Assembly (NCBI GenBank): GCA_002269645.1
Contig: NIVC01001797.1
Coordinates: 172,195-236,194, forward strand
Direction of reading: 5' to 3'
Length of the DNA: 64,000 nt
DNA from: Macrostomum lignano
Taxonomy: Eukaryota
Position 1 is the stretch's first letter, and each line of letters opens with the position of its first letter. The notes under the pieces were generated by a model, which saw only the letters and a list, made by a program, of their open reading frames with translations, was not told the DNA's origin and did not search any database. Shown here one piece after another: positions 51,401 to 61,900 of the stretch. Both the position numbers and the translations under genes were made by a program.

Positions 51401-54400
51401 CCGCCGAAACTGCCTCCATCATCTACCGAAAGTCAGCCACCTCTGCCGCCGAAACTGCCTCCATTATCTACCGAAAGTCAGCTACCTCTGCCGCCGAAAC
51501 TGCCTCCAGCATCTACCGAAACTCAGCCACCGCTACCGCCGAAACTGCCTTCATCATCTACCGAAAGTCAGCCACCGCTACCGCCGAAACTGCCTCCATC
51601 ATCTACCGAAACTCAGCCACCGCTACCGCCGAAACTGCCTCCATCATCTACCGAAAGTCAGCCACCGCTACCGCCGAAACTGCCTCCAGCATCTACCGAA
51701 ACTCAGCCAACGCTACCGCCGAAACTGCCTCCATCATCTACTGAAACTCAGCCACCGCTACCGCCAAAACTGCCTCCATCATCTACCGAAAGTCAGCCAC
51801 CGCTACCGCCGAAACTGCCAGCATCAGCGAACCAGCTGCCGCTGCCACCGAAGCTGCTCGTTGAGCCAGACAACCAGCCGCCGTTGCCGCCGAAACTGCC
51901 GAGCTTGCAGGTGAGTTTTCAGCCAACTCTGTTCGGCCTCCTGCACCACCCGAACGTGGCTCCATCAGACGTTCTGTGCAGCTACTATCGCAAGGGCTAC
52001 TACCCCGGCAACGATGTTAAAGAGGCCAAGCGGTGAGTTGCGTTTGCGTACGATGCGCGACTGTCGCTACTCTTGCGACTCAATGGCTACTCAATAGCTA
52101 CTCAATAGCTACTCAATAGCTACTCAATAGCTACTCAATAGCTACTCAATAGCTACTCAATAGCTACTCAATAGCTACTCAATAGCTACTCAATAGCTAC
52201 TCAATAGCTACTCAATAGCTACTCAATAGCTACTCAATAGCTACTCAATAGCTACTCAATAGCTACTCAATAGCTACTCGATAGCTACTCAATAGCTACT
52301 CAATAGCTACTCGATAGCTACTCAATAGCTACTCAATAGCTACTCAATAGCTACTCAATAGCTACTCAATAGCTACTCGATAGCTACTCAATAGCTACTC
52401 GATAGCTACTCGATAGCTACTCAATAGCTACTCAATAGCTACTCAATAGCTACTCGATAGCTACTCAATAGCTACTCAATAGCTACTCAATAGCTACTCA
52501 ATAGCTACTCAATAGCTACTCGATAGCTACTCGATAGCTACTCAATAGCTACTCGATAGCTACTCAATAGCTACTCAATAGCTACTCAATAGCTACTCGA
52601 TAGCTACTCGATAGCTACTCAATAGCTACTCGATAGCTACTCAATAGCTACTCGATAGCTACTCAATAGCTACTCAATAGCTACTCAATAGCTACTCAAT
52701 AGCTACTCGATAGCTACTCAATAGCTACTCAATAGCTACTCAATAGCTACTCAATAGCTACTCAATAGCTACTCGATAGCTACTCAATAGCTACTCAATA
52801 GCTACTCGATAGCTACTCAATAGCTACTCAATAGCTACTCGATGGCTACTCAATAGCTACTTAAGAGCTACTCAATAGCTACTCAATAGCTACTCGATGG
52901 CTACTCAATAGCTACTCAATAGCTACTCAATAGCTACTCAATAGCTACTCAATAGCTACTCAATGGCTACTCAATAGCTACTCAATGGCTACTCAATAGC
53001 TACTCAATAGCTCAAAACGCACCAACCCTGCGCAGTCTGATACGACACGCATCGGGCAACGGAGTTTACATGCTGCGCGGCTTCTGCCAGGGCCAACAGA
53101 GCCAGGAGCTGGCCGTCTGCCTTCGCCTCGACGATAAATCTTACAAATTCAGCGTGGAAGCGACGACGTCCGGCAGCTGCCAGCAGTTCTGCATCGCCGG
53201 CGAGAGCGGCGGCAGGGCGCACGAGACCGTCGAAGCGATGCTGTTCTACCATCACCTGTTCCCCATCCTGACTGGCACTGGGATGTCCGATATGCGACTG
53301 GCGAGACCCTTTGACTTGGAGTGAGCTGGGCGATGCATGTTCTCATGGATGATTTGTGTTCTCATGGGTGACTCGTGTTCTCATGGGTGGCTCGTGTTCT
53401 CATGGGTGGCTCGTGTTCTCATGGGTGGCTCGTGTTCTCATGGGTGACTCGTGTTCTCATGGGTGACTCGTGTTCTCATGGGTGACTTGTGTTCTCATGG
53501 GTGACTTGTGTTCTCATGGGTGACTCGTGTTCTCATGGGTGACTCGTGTTCTAATGGATGACGCAAATTCTTATAATCCATTCGGTGGTTGTCCTTCTCA
53601 GTAGAGACCCTTCGGTTTCTGTATGGTCACTATGGAAGCATGCTGTTAATTACGAATAAAAAAATGAAACATGAGAAAATTTTGCTCATAAACAATCGCC
53701 AGGAAGGACGCAATTGTCAGCGGTTTGACCGCCGCCTTTTCGGCCAGCCTGTGGCACTACGGAGGCAAGGCCACCTGCACCGAGTGAGTCATGGAGGCGG
53801 GCTGGGCTAGCAGCTGCGTGCTATTATTCAATTTAGACTACTGAGAAAAGTAGACAAGTAGAGATTTGAATAGTGAAATCTCTCACTAAGACGAAAAATG
53901 CCGCCATAAAAGAAATGACAGAATTACGAGAAGCGTCTGTGCACACCGATAGCGGTGAGAGAGAACGACGTGTGGGCTAGGGCTGACTGACGAAGGCGGA
54001 AAGCCAGAAACTGGTCTTGATCTGCCTGCGCAAGGTTCAAAACCCCACTTTTAGGGTGTCACATGCTGGAATTATTAGCAGGGCGGATTAACACAACAGA
54101 CTTTCGCACCAAAGAATCACACATTAACTCTGATGCGATGGCTCACACTGGGTGTACAGCAGCCCTGACTTTCTAACCGTCAGGCATGTACAGTCTGTGT
54201 GCCGTGGGGGTTGGCCTTCATGGGTAGGGGAATCGCACCCCCCTTTGGACTTTGGACTTTGATACGAGTATCAAAAAAGTTGCAGTTCAATGCTATCAGT
54301 GCACTGTAGATTCCCGGTTATTCATTGAATCCTTTCAGCGTTCTCGTTGAAGCAGCCGACGGTACGTACGCCCTTCGAATGGACTCCTATGACACCACCG

Positions 54401-57086
54401 TGCTGTGCGTTGTACAAAATGGTCAAGTCATGAAATTTCGCATCGTTGTGACAGCCGGTCAGCCCGGTAGCGACGAGGTTTGACTCGCTTGACTCATTTT
54501 TCTGGAACTTAAACTACGTCTTTAATACTCTACTGGCAGTAGTATCAGAATAATTTTTACCAGAAATAGACTTTAATACCATCAGCAGAAGGAAAAACAT
54601 GCTATAGATTCGCAAAGTAGATTAGCAATCCATTTTATCCTGTAGTATAATATTTGGGAATAGATTAGCAATCCATTCTATCCTGTAGTATAATAGGCGG
54701 GAATAGATTAGCAATCCATTCTATCCTGTAGTATAATAGGCGGGAATAGATTAGCAATCCATTTTATCCTGTAGGATAATAGGTGGGAATAGATTAGCAA
54801 TCCACAAAACACCCACCCGTCCCACCGCACCGCAGCTGATATTCGCCATCAACTTTCCGAATTCGAGCAAGTTCAGCAGCATCGAGGAGCTGCTGCTGCA
54901 CTATCACAAGAATCCCCTGCCAACTAACTCGCTGGGTACATCGGATCTGCTGCTGCGGATTCCTTTTCAGTTGTCTACGTAAGAATGTTGACCATGATGT
55001 CAAGGGCCGCGCTGTACACACTGTGTGAGCGTTGTGTAATGAGAGCGAAATGGGCAGAATTGCCTCAGCGCCAGGGTCAGAAGCCTCCGAATATTTATTA
55101 CTATATAAACCGCCTTCAGGAGATGCCAGCACGAACTCAGCCGCCTGGTCAGGCTGCCAGACGAGCAGGTGATTCGCAGCGGCACGGCTGATTCGGCTGC
55201 GGCGAAGTTGAGCCGACACGGCGGCGTCAAGCGCGGCGGTAATTTCTACTTGCATCTGAACAAGGAGCGCAAGGGCGGAGGCGGAACCCTGCTAGCTATT
55301 GCTCCGGATGCGGCCAGCTCAGGGGAGGTGCACCGGTTGCGCCTGGTTACCATGGAGACCGGATTTATCGGACAACCGCAGGTGATAATTTATTGATTGA
55401 GTAGTTCCCCTCGTGATCTAGTTACGGGCGAATTGCTGAGATGTCAAGGCTGAGGTCAGAAGCTACATGTAGTTTATTTAAAAACTTGTATTCGTCTACA
55501 CATACTAGTATAGATATAAACACGTTTGAGTTATATGGTGAGAAGCTCAATGGCTTTCAGCTCAACGTGGGGCAAGTCAGTGGAATCCCAGTCTGTGGAA
55601 TCCTGCAGTCTGTGGAATCCCAGTCTGTGGAATCCTGCAGTCTGTGGAATCCTGCAGTCTGTGGAATCCTGCAGTCTGTGGAATCCTGCAGTCTGTGGAA
55701 TCCTGCAGTCTGTGGAATCCTGCAGTCTGTGGAATCCTGCAGTCTGTGGAATCCTGCAGTCTGTGGAATCCTGCAGTCTGTGGAATCCTGCAGTCTGTGG
55801 AATCCTGCAGTCTGTGGAATCCTGCAGTCTGTGGAATCCTGCAGTCTGTGGAATCCTGCAGTCTGTGGAATCCTGCAGTCTGTGGAATCCTGCAGTCTGT
55901 GGAATCCTGCAGTCTGTGGAATCCTGCAGTCTGTGGAATCCTGCAGTCTGTGGAATCCTGCAGTCTGTGGAATCCTGCAGTCTGTGGAATCCTGCAGTCT
56001 GTGGAATCCTGCAGTCTGTGGAATCCTGCAGTCTGTGGAATCCTGCAGTCTGTGGAATCCTGCAGTCTGTGGAATCCTGCAGTCTGTGGAATCCTGCAGT
56101 CTGTGGAATCCTGCAGTCTGTGGAATCCTGCAGTCTGTGGAATCCTGCAGTCTGTGGAATCCTGCAGTCTGTGGAATCCTGCAGTCTGTGGAATCCTGCA
56201 GTCTGTGGAATCCTGCAGTCTGTGGAATCCTGCAGTCTGTGGAATCCTGCAGTCTGTGGAATCCTGCAGTCAGTAGAATCCCAGTCTGGAATGAAATCCC
56301 ATGGAGCAAAAAATCCACACGTTGAGCCCCTTCCTCTCAGCATCACTGCCCCTCAGCCATTTCATTTCAGACGGGGCGCCACTTTATTTCATAGGGGGCG
56401 CCTCTTTATTTCATAGGGGGCGCGCACTTTGTTTCAGAGGGGGGGGGCGCCACTTCATTTCATAGGGGGGGGGCGCCTCTTCATTTCAAAAGGGGGCGCC
56501 TCTTCATTTCATAGGGGGCGCCAATTTATTTCAGAGGGGGGCGCCACTTTATTTCATAGGGGGCGCCACTTCATTTCATAGGGGGCGCCACTTCATTTCA
56601 TAGGGGGCGCCACTTCATTTCATAGGGGGGCGCCACTATATTTGAGAGGGGGGCACCACTTCATTTCATAGGGGGGCGCCACTTCATTTCAGGGGGGCAC
56701 CACTTCATTTCATAGGGGGGCGCCACTTCATTTCAGGGGGGCACCACTTCATTTCAGTGGGGGCGCCACTTGATTTGATGGGCGTCATGTACTTTTACAG
56801 CCAGACGAGCATGCTCTCCTGTCTAAGCCCCATTTATGGCGTTCTGATCAATGACCTGAAATGACACACTGGGTGGGATTACCTGTGGTTGAGGATATTA
56901 AAATCCCATAATTTAAAACTTTCTCAGTCACTGCCTGATATTTGAACCAAAATATGACAGAAATTCGTGCACGTTGAAGACAAACCGGAGCTGGCCGCCC
57001 TAAGCCTGGACAGACTTGTTCACATCCTGTGCGCCAATCCCAGCTGCCTGCCGCAAGGATTCCCACGACTGTACATGAAACAGTGA
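48440..57086 (+). CDS. PH + acidic + Pro-rich repeat + three SH2-like domains adaptor (SH3BP2-like), ~984 aa. Exons 48440-48473, 49113-49211, 49492-49591, 50041-50358, 50665-52032, 53036-53320, 53703-53783, 54339-54477, 54836-54978, 55120-55381, 56961-57086
   Basis: PH-like: DCRGCLIRR...YHAILRAHHLFLF...GVIDL...CFEL...W. Acidic EDEYED motif. About 23 LPPKL repeats. SH2-1: YYPGNDVKEAKRLIRHASGNGVYMLR...TVEAMLFYHH. SH2-2: WHYGG...DGTYALR...FSSIEELLLHYHKNPLP. SH2-3: GNFYLH...SLDRLVHIL. All 10 junctions are GT-AG and phase-compatible. Domain calls are by eye. Confidence 0.75.
48540..49080. repeat. 38-bp minisatellite (CTCAGCCCTCAGTTGGCAGCTATTCCCTCTTACCCTCC), SH2-gene intron 1
   Basis: Visible, ~14 copies. 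Confidence 0.95.
49612..49960. repeat. 20-bp minisatellite (CTCACTCAGATGAACTGGCA), SH2-gene intron 3
   Basis: Visible. Confidence 0.95.
50415..50662. repeat. 18-bp minisatellite (CATACTACTATTTCACTA), SH2-gene intron 4
   Basis: Visible. It runs directly into the acceptor AG at 50663-50664. Confidence 0.95.
50900..51905 (+). repeat. Coding 45-bp tandem repeat (PPLPPKLPPSSTE[S/T]Q), ~23 units
   Basis: In frame within exon 5 of the PH-SH2 gene. Confidence 0.9.
52075..53012. repeat. 11-bp minisatellite (CTCAATAGCTA), ~85 copies, SH2-gene intron 5
   Basis: Visible. Confidence 0.97.
53335..53555. repeat. 19-bp minisatellite (TCGTGTTCTCATGGGTGAC), SH2-gene intron 6
   Basis: Visible. Confidence 0.95.
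54618..54803. repeat. 43-bp tandem repeat (AATAGATTAGCAATCCATTCTATCCTGTAGTATAATAGGCGGG), ~4 copies, SH2-gene intron 8
   Basis: Visible. Confidence 0.9.
55578..56290. repeat. 17-bp minisatellite (GTCTGTGGAATCCTGCA), ~40 near-perfect copies, SH2-gene intron 10
   Basis: Visible. Confidence 0.97.
56365..56780. repeat. ~22-bp minisatellite (GGGGGCGCCACTTCATTTCATA), SH2-gene intron 10
   Basis: Visible. Confidence 0.93.
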
Positions 57087-57204
57087 ACATGAAGCTCATG
57101 CTGCCTGCGGCTTGGTCGGGGCAGCTGAAACTTACTTTATCTATTCAAATTGTTCTTTAATGATATTGCCAAGACAAGATGACTTAGCCTGCAGTACGTG
57201 CCTG

Positions 57205-57355
57205 TCTCTCCCTGCATCTCTCCCAGCTGCATCTCTCCCAGCTGCATCTCTCCCAGCTGCATCTCTCCCAGCTGCATCTCTCCCAGCTGCATCTCTCCCA
57301 GCTGCATCTCTCCCAGCTGCATCTCTCCCAGCTGCATCTCTCCCAGCTGCATCGC
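57205..57355. repeat. 15-bp minisatellite (CTGCATCTCTCCCAG)
   Basis: Visible, ~9-10 copies. Confidence 0.93.
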
Positions 57356-58097
57356 TTTGCATCTCTCTCTGAATCTCTCTGCATTTCTCCCTGCATCTTT
57401 ATCTGCATCTGTCCCTAGTTTCGAGTCCTTAATGTATTCGTTTGTCTCCCTCTAAAGATCTATCTGAAATTTCTCCGTGCATCTCTCCCCATGTCTTATT
57501 CAACGAGCGTACGACACTTAAAAAAAATCTTGCACGAATTTCTTGCTGGTAAACCGCAGATTATACAAATAATTGATGTGTTCCTTATTACCCGACTTTT
57601 GGTAATCAAAGAACACTCACTTCTAGCTCAGTAGCTAGGCAACCCAGTACGTCAACAGAAGGTATTCAATTACCTTGAGTCCTTAACTGAGAGCTCTCGT
57701 CAATACTCCTTGTTCGTTGATCTCGTTATCAGTAGCGTTCCTGTCCTTCAGGAATTCCGGGCGCCGGTCAACAGTTGATCTGGTCCGCTCTTGCAATTGT
57801 CTCCTTGACTTCTTGCCGGCCGGTTATCTGTAGTTCGGACCAATCGGAAGCTTCCAAGTTAACAACGGGTACCCTGCGCCAAACTGCGGTTTAACATAAG
57901 CCTACTCCTTCTAGCAGTGCCTCTATGCACTCTAGGTATAGCTCCGGAAACCACTGATAGTCTTCTAAGATCTATCAGGGGCAGTCCTTCTGGAGACTGC
58001 AACCAGTAGAGTCTAGACAGACTCAGGAGTCTCAACAGACTCAAACTAAACTCCAACGAGACGTCTCAAAACACAGGCGTAAATGAGTAAGGCTTAC

Positions 58098-58501
58098 CGC
58101 AAGAACTCGACGAGTCTTCTGTAGGAAGTCCTGTAGTGGCTTCCTTTTCGGAGCTCTTCTCCTTCCGGGGGAATTGTTGGCTCTGAGTCCGTTCCGGACC
58201 ACTTGCATTTATAGGCGTTCAGACCTCTCTCGAGGTCGTACATCACTGTCTTCGCAAATGTCAAAGGGTCACGATTCGGTGGCTGTCAAGCATGACAGGG
58301 TAGAAAGTTGCGCAACTAGTCGACTGTAAAAGCGCATGATTGGTTACCGTAGCTGGTAGACTTTGATTGGTTCATCCGGGTGCAACCCGAGTGCAAACCA
58401 AATGATGACTTGAAGGTGGGGTTTGAATTGACAGTTGTTGGTCGCACGTGATTGGGTGATTTCTAAAATTAGCATGCTCGAGATTTCTCTCTTTCTATTG
58501 G
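58098..58501 (-). promoter_or_regulatory. Putative minus-strand Pol II promoter: four CCAAT boxes, TATAAA, Inr-like TCAG, first exon ending at a GTAAGC donor
   Basis: ATTGG at 58339, 58366, 58451 and 58497. TTTATA at 58208-58213. TCAG about 29 nt downstream on the minus strand. Donor at 58097. Confidence 0.4.
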
Positions 58502-58924
58502 TTAATTCGAATATATGTATGGTTCAGCGCATATCCTTATACATGCTCCTCAAATTACTACTATTTAAGTAGTACGTTAACAATTTTAAATCACTTTTCT
58601 GGGAGATATAATACTCTACCTACATAATATGCTAGTGAAAATTTCTATTCAAGTGCCTTTCTGCTATTCAATTTCAACGATTCAGAATGATTTTTTATAA
58701 AGTTTTAACTGTTTTTTCTGCGTTATCTAGCGTTATCTGCGTTATCTAGATGTACTCCAGGTTTTTTCAGCTTGCGGCTGACTACTCGGCCAATGCTTAA
58801 TTTATTCGCTTTGATAAAAATATCTTCACAAATATATGCAAGCGAAGGAACTGAAAATGCATAAGAGCAGTAATATTTAAACAGACAGAACTGTTACGAG
58901 CTAAATCTATGTATTTCCCATCTG

Positions 58925-61900
58925 TTAGACAGGGATATTTGACAGAGAAGTGTCACCTGTGATTAGCACCTGTCGTTTCATAATAATAAATAATAATAAC
59001 AATATTAATTGACAACACCTACGATCGGAAGCGTCAGTTGCCGCCGAAGCTCCTGGTGCGGCTGGCTCCTCCCATGGCGGGACCTCTGCCCTTGTGGAAA
59101 CTCCCACGGCCTCGGAGGGATCCAAAGCGGGGATTGCTGGCCAAACCACTAAGCCGAAGCGCACCTATGCGGCTATGGAAAAGAGGCAGTCGGCCCTGAT
59201 TATCCCAGGCCAGGAGACGCCTCTTATGGCTGAACAGCTCGACCTAATCTGGTGCGGGTTGGTCTCCCACCTGGTCAAGATGGCCTTGAGCGGTACCGTC
59301 ATCCAAGTACTAAAGACGAAAGTCGAGGACCAAGCCCTTCACATCCAGCCCGCCGAGCGCCGACAGCCAGTCTGAGCAGCTGCGTCGCCTGCTAGTGGCT
59401 ACCAATCCGGAGCTGCGGGCCAATGGCGTCGTAGTTCACGAGACCATCTTCGAGCCTGGCGGAGACGGTTTCACGGCTATTCTTGGACTGTCGGATAACT
59501 GGATGCTCCGCTATCCGGACATGTCCCTCATCTCTGTCGGGCTGATACAGATTCAGATCTTCAGCTTTGAGTCTAACGCCACCCGCCCGCCGCCCCCAGA
59601 GAAGCGTAAGCGTGCGGGTGGGGGCTCTGCCGGGCGGAAACGCCCAGGAAAAGAAGCTCTCGTTCGTCACGACCCCTCCGAGGACGTGGACCCTGTCAGA
59701 GGGAAAGCCGCGAAAACTGCAGCAACAGGCGGACGTGGAAAGGGCTGGAAACCCGCCCGGAACACTATCCGCTCTGGTCTGACTCAGCGCACGAAGCAGC
59801 TGCTGGACACTGCCAAGGTTCGCAACCGCAGCAACTCCCAGCCCAGTGTCACGAGTGTCATGACCGGGCATCATCCTACTTCAGGAGCCCTGGACGAAGA
59901 AAGCTAAGATTCCGAATATTCCTGCTGATTTTGACTGTTTTCAGGACCCCTAAAACCCCAGAGCAGCCATATTCGTGTCTACCCATCTCAAAGCTTGGCA
60001 CAGACCGGACCTCTCTGACAGACCTCTGCGACATTCAATCAAACCACATAATCACCAATCTCACGGTCATCATCGCCTCGATTTTATCCCTGGCGATGGC
60101 CCCGCAGTTCCACCCAACCTCACCTCCCTCGTGGACTACTGCTCTAACCGCAGGTTTGAGCTGCTGGTGGCGGGCGACGTCAACGCCCACCACACCTGGG
60201 GCAGCAATGTAGTGAGTTGCAAGTGTACTTGTATGCGCCAGTCGCTAGAGCGGGGTGGGGGTTGCTATTGTACAGCATGTACGTGCTTTTCACCCACCCC
60301 TGTCTCTATCTTTTATACCCAGTTATGTAACAATCGTTGTATCGTATTTAACCTGCGTATCGATCTAATAAACGCCAAGAGGCTTCGTCAACTCTCAGTC
60401 GTATCTCTCTGCCTTAGTCTACAGCAATACCTCCAGCAGCAGAGGCGAGTGTTGTGGCCGCTGGCTAAATAAATGAAGTCAATTCAGTTGAGAGGAAAAG
60501 AGAGGAGAGCTGAGGAGAGGTGCTCTCAGCTGGTGGCTAGCATTCAATATATATTGTGCTGATAGATGTACATGTTTGCGAGTACGTTAAGCATGCAAAT
60601 TCACAACATCATCCCCCGTGCGAAAAGTGACAGAATACGGGTGGGACAAGCAGACGCAATAACGCAACCAATGTCAATGGAACAATTTTCGGTGCATGAG
60701 CAGTCAGTCAGTCAGGTCAGTCAATCACGGGTCACAAGATTGAGAGTCTCGGGGGCCAATCGGAGCTCTCTTGGCGTTAATGGCGTTAATGAAGTCGTCA
60801 GCTTCCCGAACCAGGGAAGGGAGACTATCATTCTGCCAAAGCTTACCGCCCTATCAGTCTGACGCCTTTCTTCCTCAAACTGATGGAACGGCTGGTGCTC
60901 TGACACCTCCTCCTCGTGGACCTGAGGAACTCCCGCTCTCCCCCAACCAGCACGCCTTGCGTCCTGGACGCTCCATCGAAAGTGCGCTGCATGATATTTT
61001 CGACAAGCTGGAGCGCGCCGTGCTCGGCAGTGGATACGCGCTCTCGCTTTCCTTGACATTGATGGAGCTTTCAATAATGTGCTTTTTGAAGTCTTTAGGC
61101 GGGCCCTGGAATCCCGGGGCACGCTAGAGCACCTTACCCGCTGGATCATGTACATGGTCTCCAATCGTACTGCCACCTCGCACCTCCTGGGACACTCTCG
61201 CTCTGTAGAGGTCCAGAAAGGCGGACCGGACCGCAAAGTGGGAGTCCTCAGCCCGATTCCCTGGAACTTGGTCATGGACGAGCTGCTTCTCTGGAGCCCG
61301 TATCCGGAACCTGGTTCAAAAGGTCGGCTATTTGGATGATGTTACCGCCACTGTGGCTGGACCATCACTCGCGGTTCTCAGAGACCTCCTCCAAGCCTTC
61401 ATCCACCGTGCCGAGCGCTGGGCGCACAGCTGCGGTCTCGGGTTATCTGAGTCTGGTGGCTTATCATTTTCACCAGCTGCCGAAACTGGAGGATTGAACC
61501 ACTCCCCCTCTATGGCAAACTCGTTGCCATGGAGAAACAAAACCAGATGTCTGGGCGTCACCCTCGACCACAGGTTGAGCTGGACCCCACACGTCCAAAC
61601 CAAAGCCGGCAAAGCTCTAGTGACTCGCGCGCAGATCTGCAGAGCTTTCGGCGCTACCTGGGGCCTCACCACACGCCGCCTCTGGTGGATTTACACTTCC
61701 ATTGTGAGACCGGCCATCTCCTTCACCGGCTTCATCTGGAACAGTGCCCTAGAGGTGAAAGGGGTTCTCGTGCAAGGCCGCGCTTATCACAAACTATCAT
61801 TAGTTTGATCATTATCCCTCTACGCCCTTTACTGACATAAACTCCTTCCTGAACATTCCCCCTTGACCTCTTTGTCAGAAGAGAGGCAATGAAGACCACC

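Noticed and set aside
51911-51968. 58-nt intron (CAG|GTGAGT...TCAG)
   Set aside because: Splicing it would shift the frame out of the SH2 domain, while read-through keeps the frame. Left as exon.
55441-56416. Multiple 200-300 aa ORFs (SCSLWNPAVCGILQSVE)
   Set aside because: Translation of a 17-bp array inside intron 10 of the SH2 gene.
7305-57355. Regularly spaced repeats as CRISPR arrays
   Set aside because: The units are head-to-tail with no unique spacers, there are no cas genes, and the context is a spliced eukaryotic genome.
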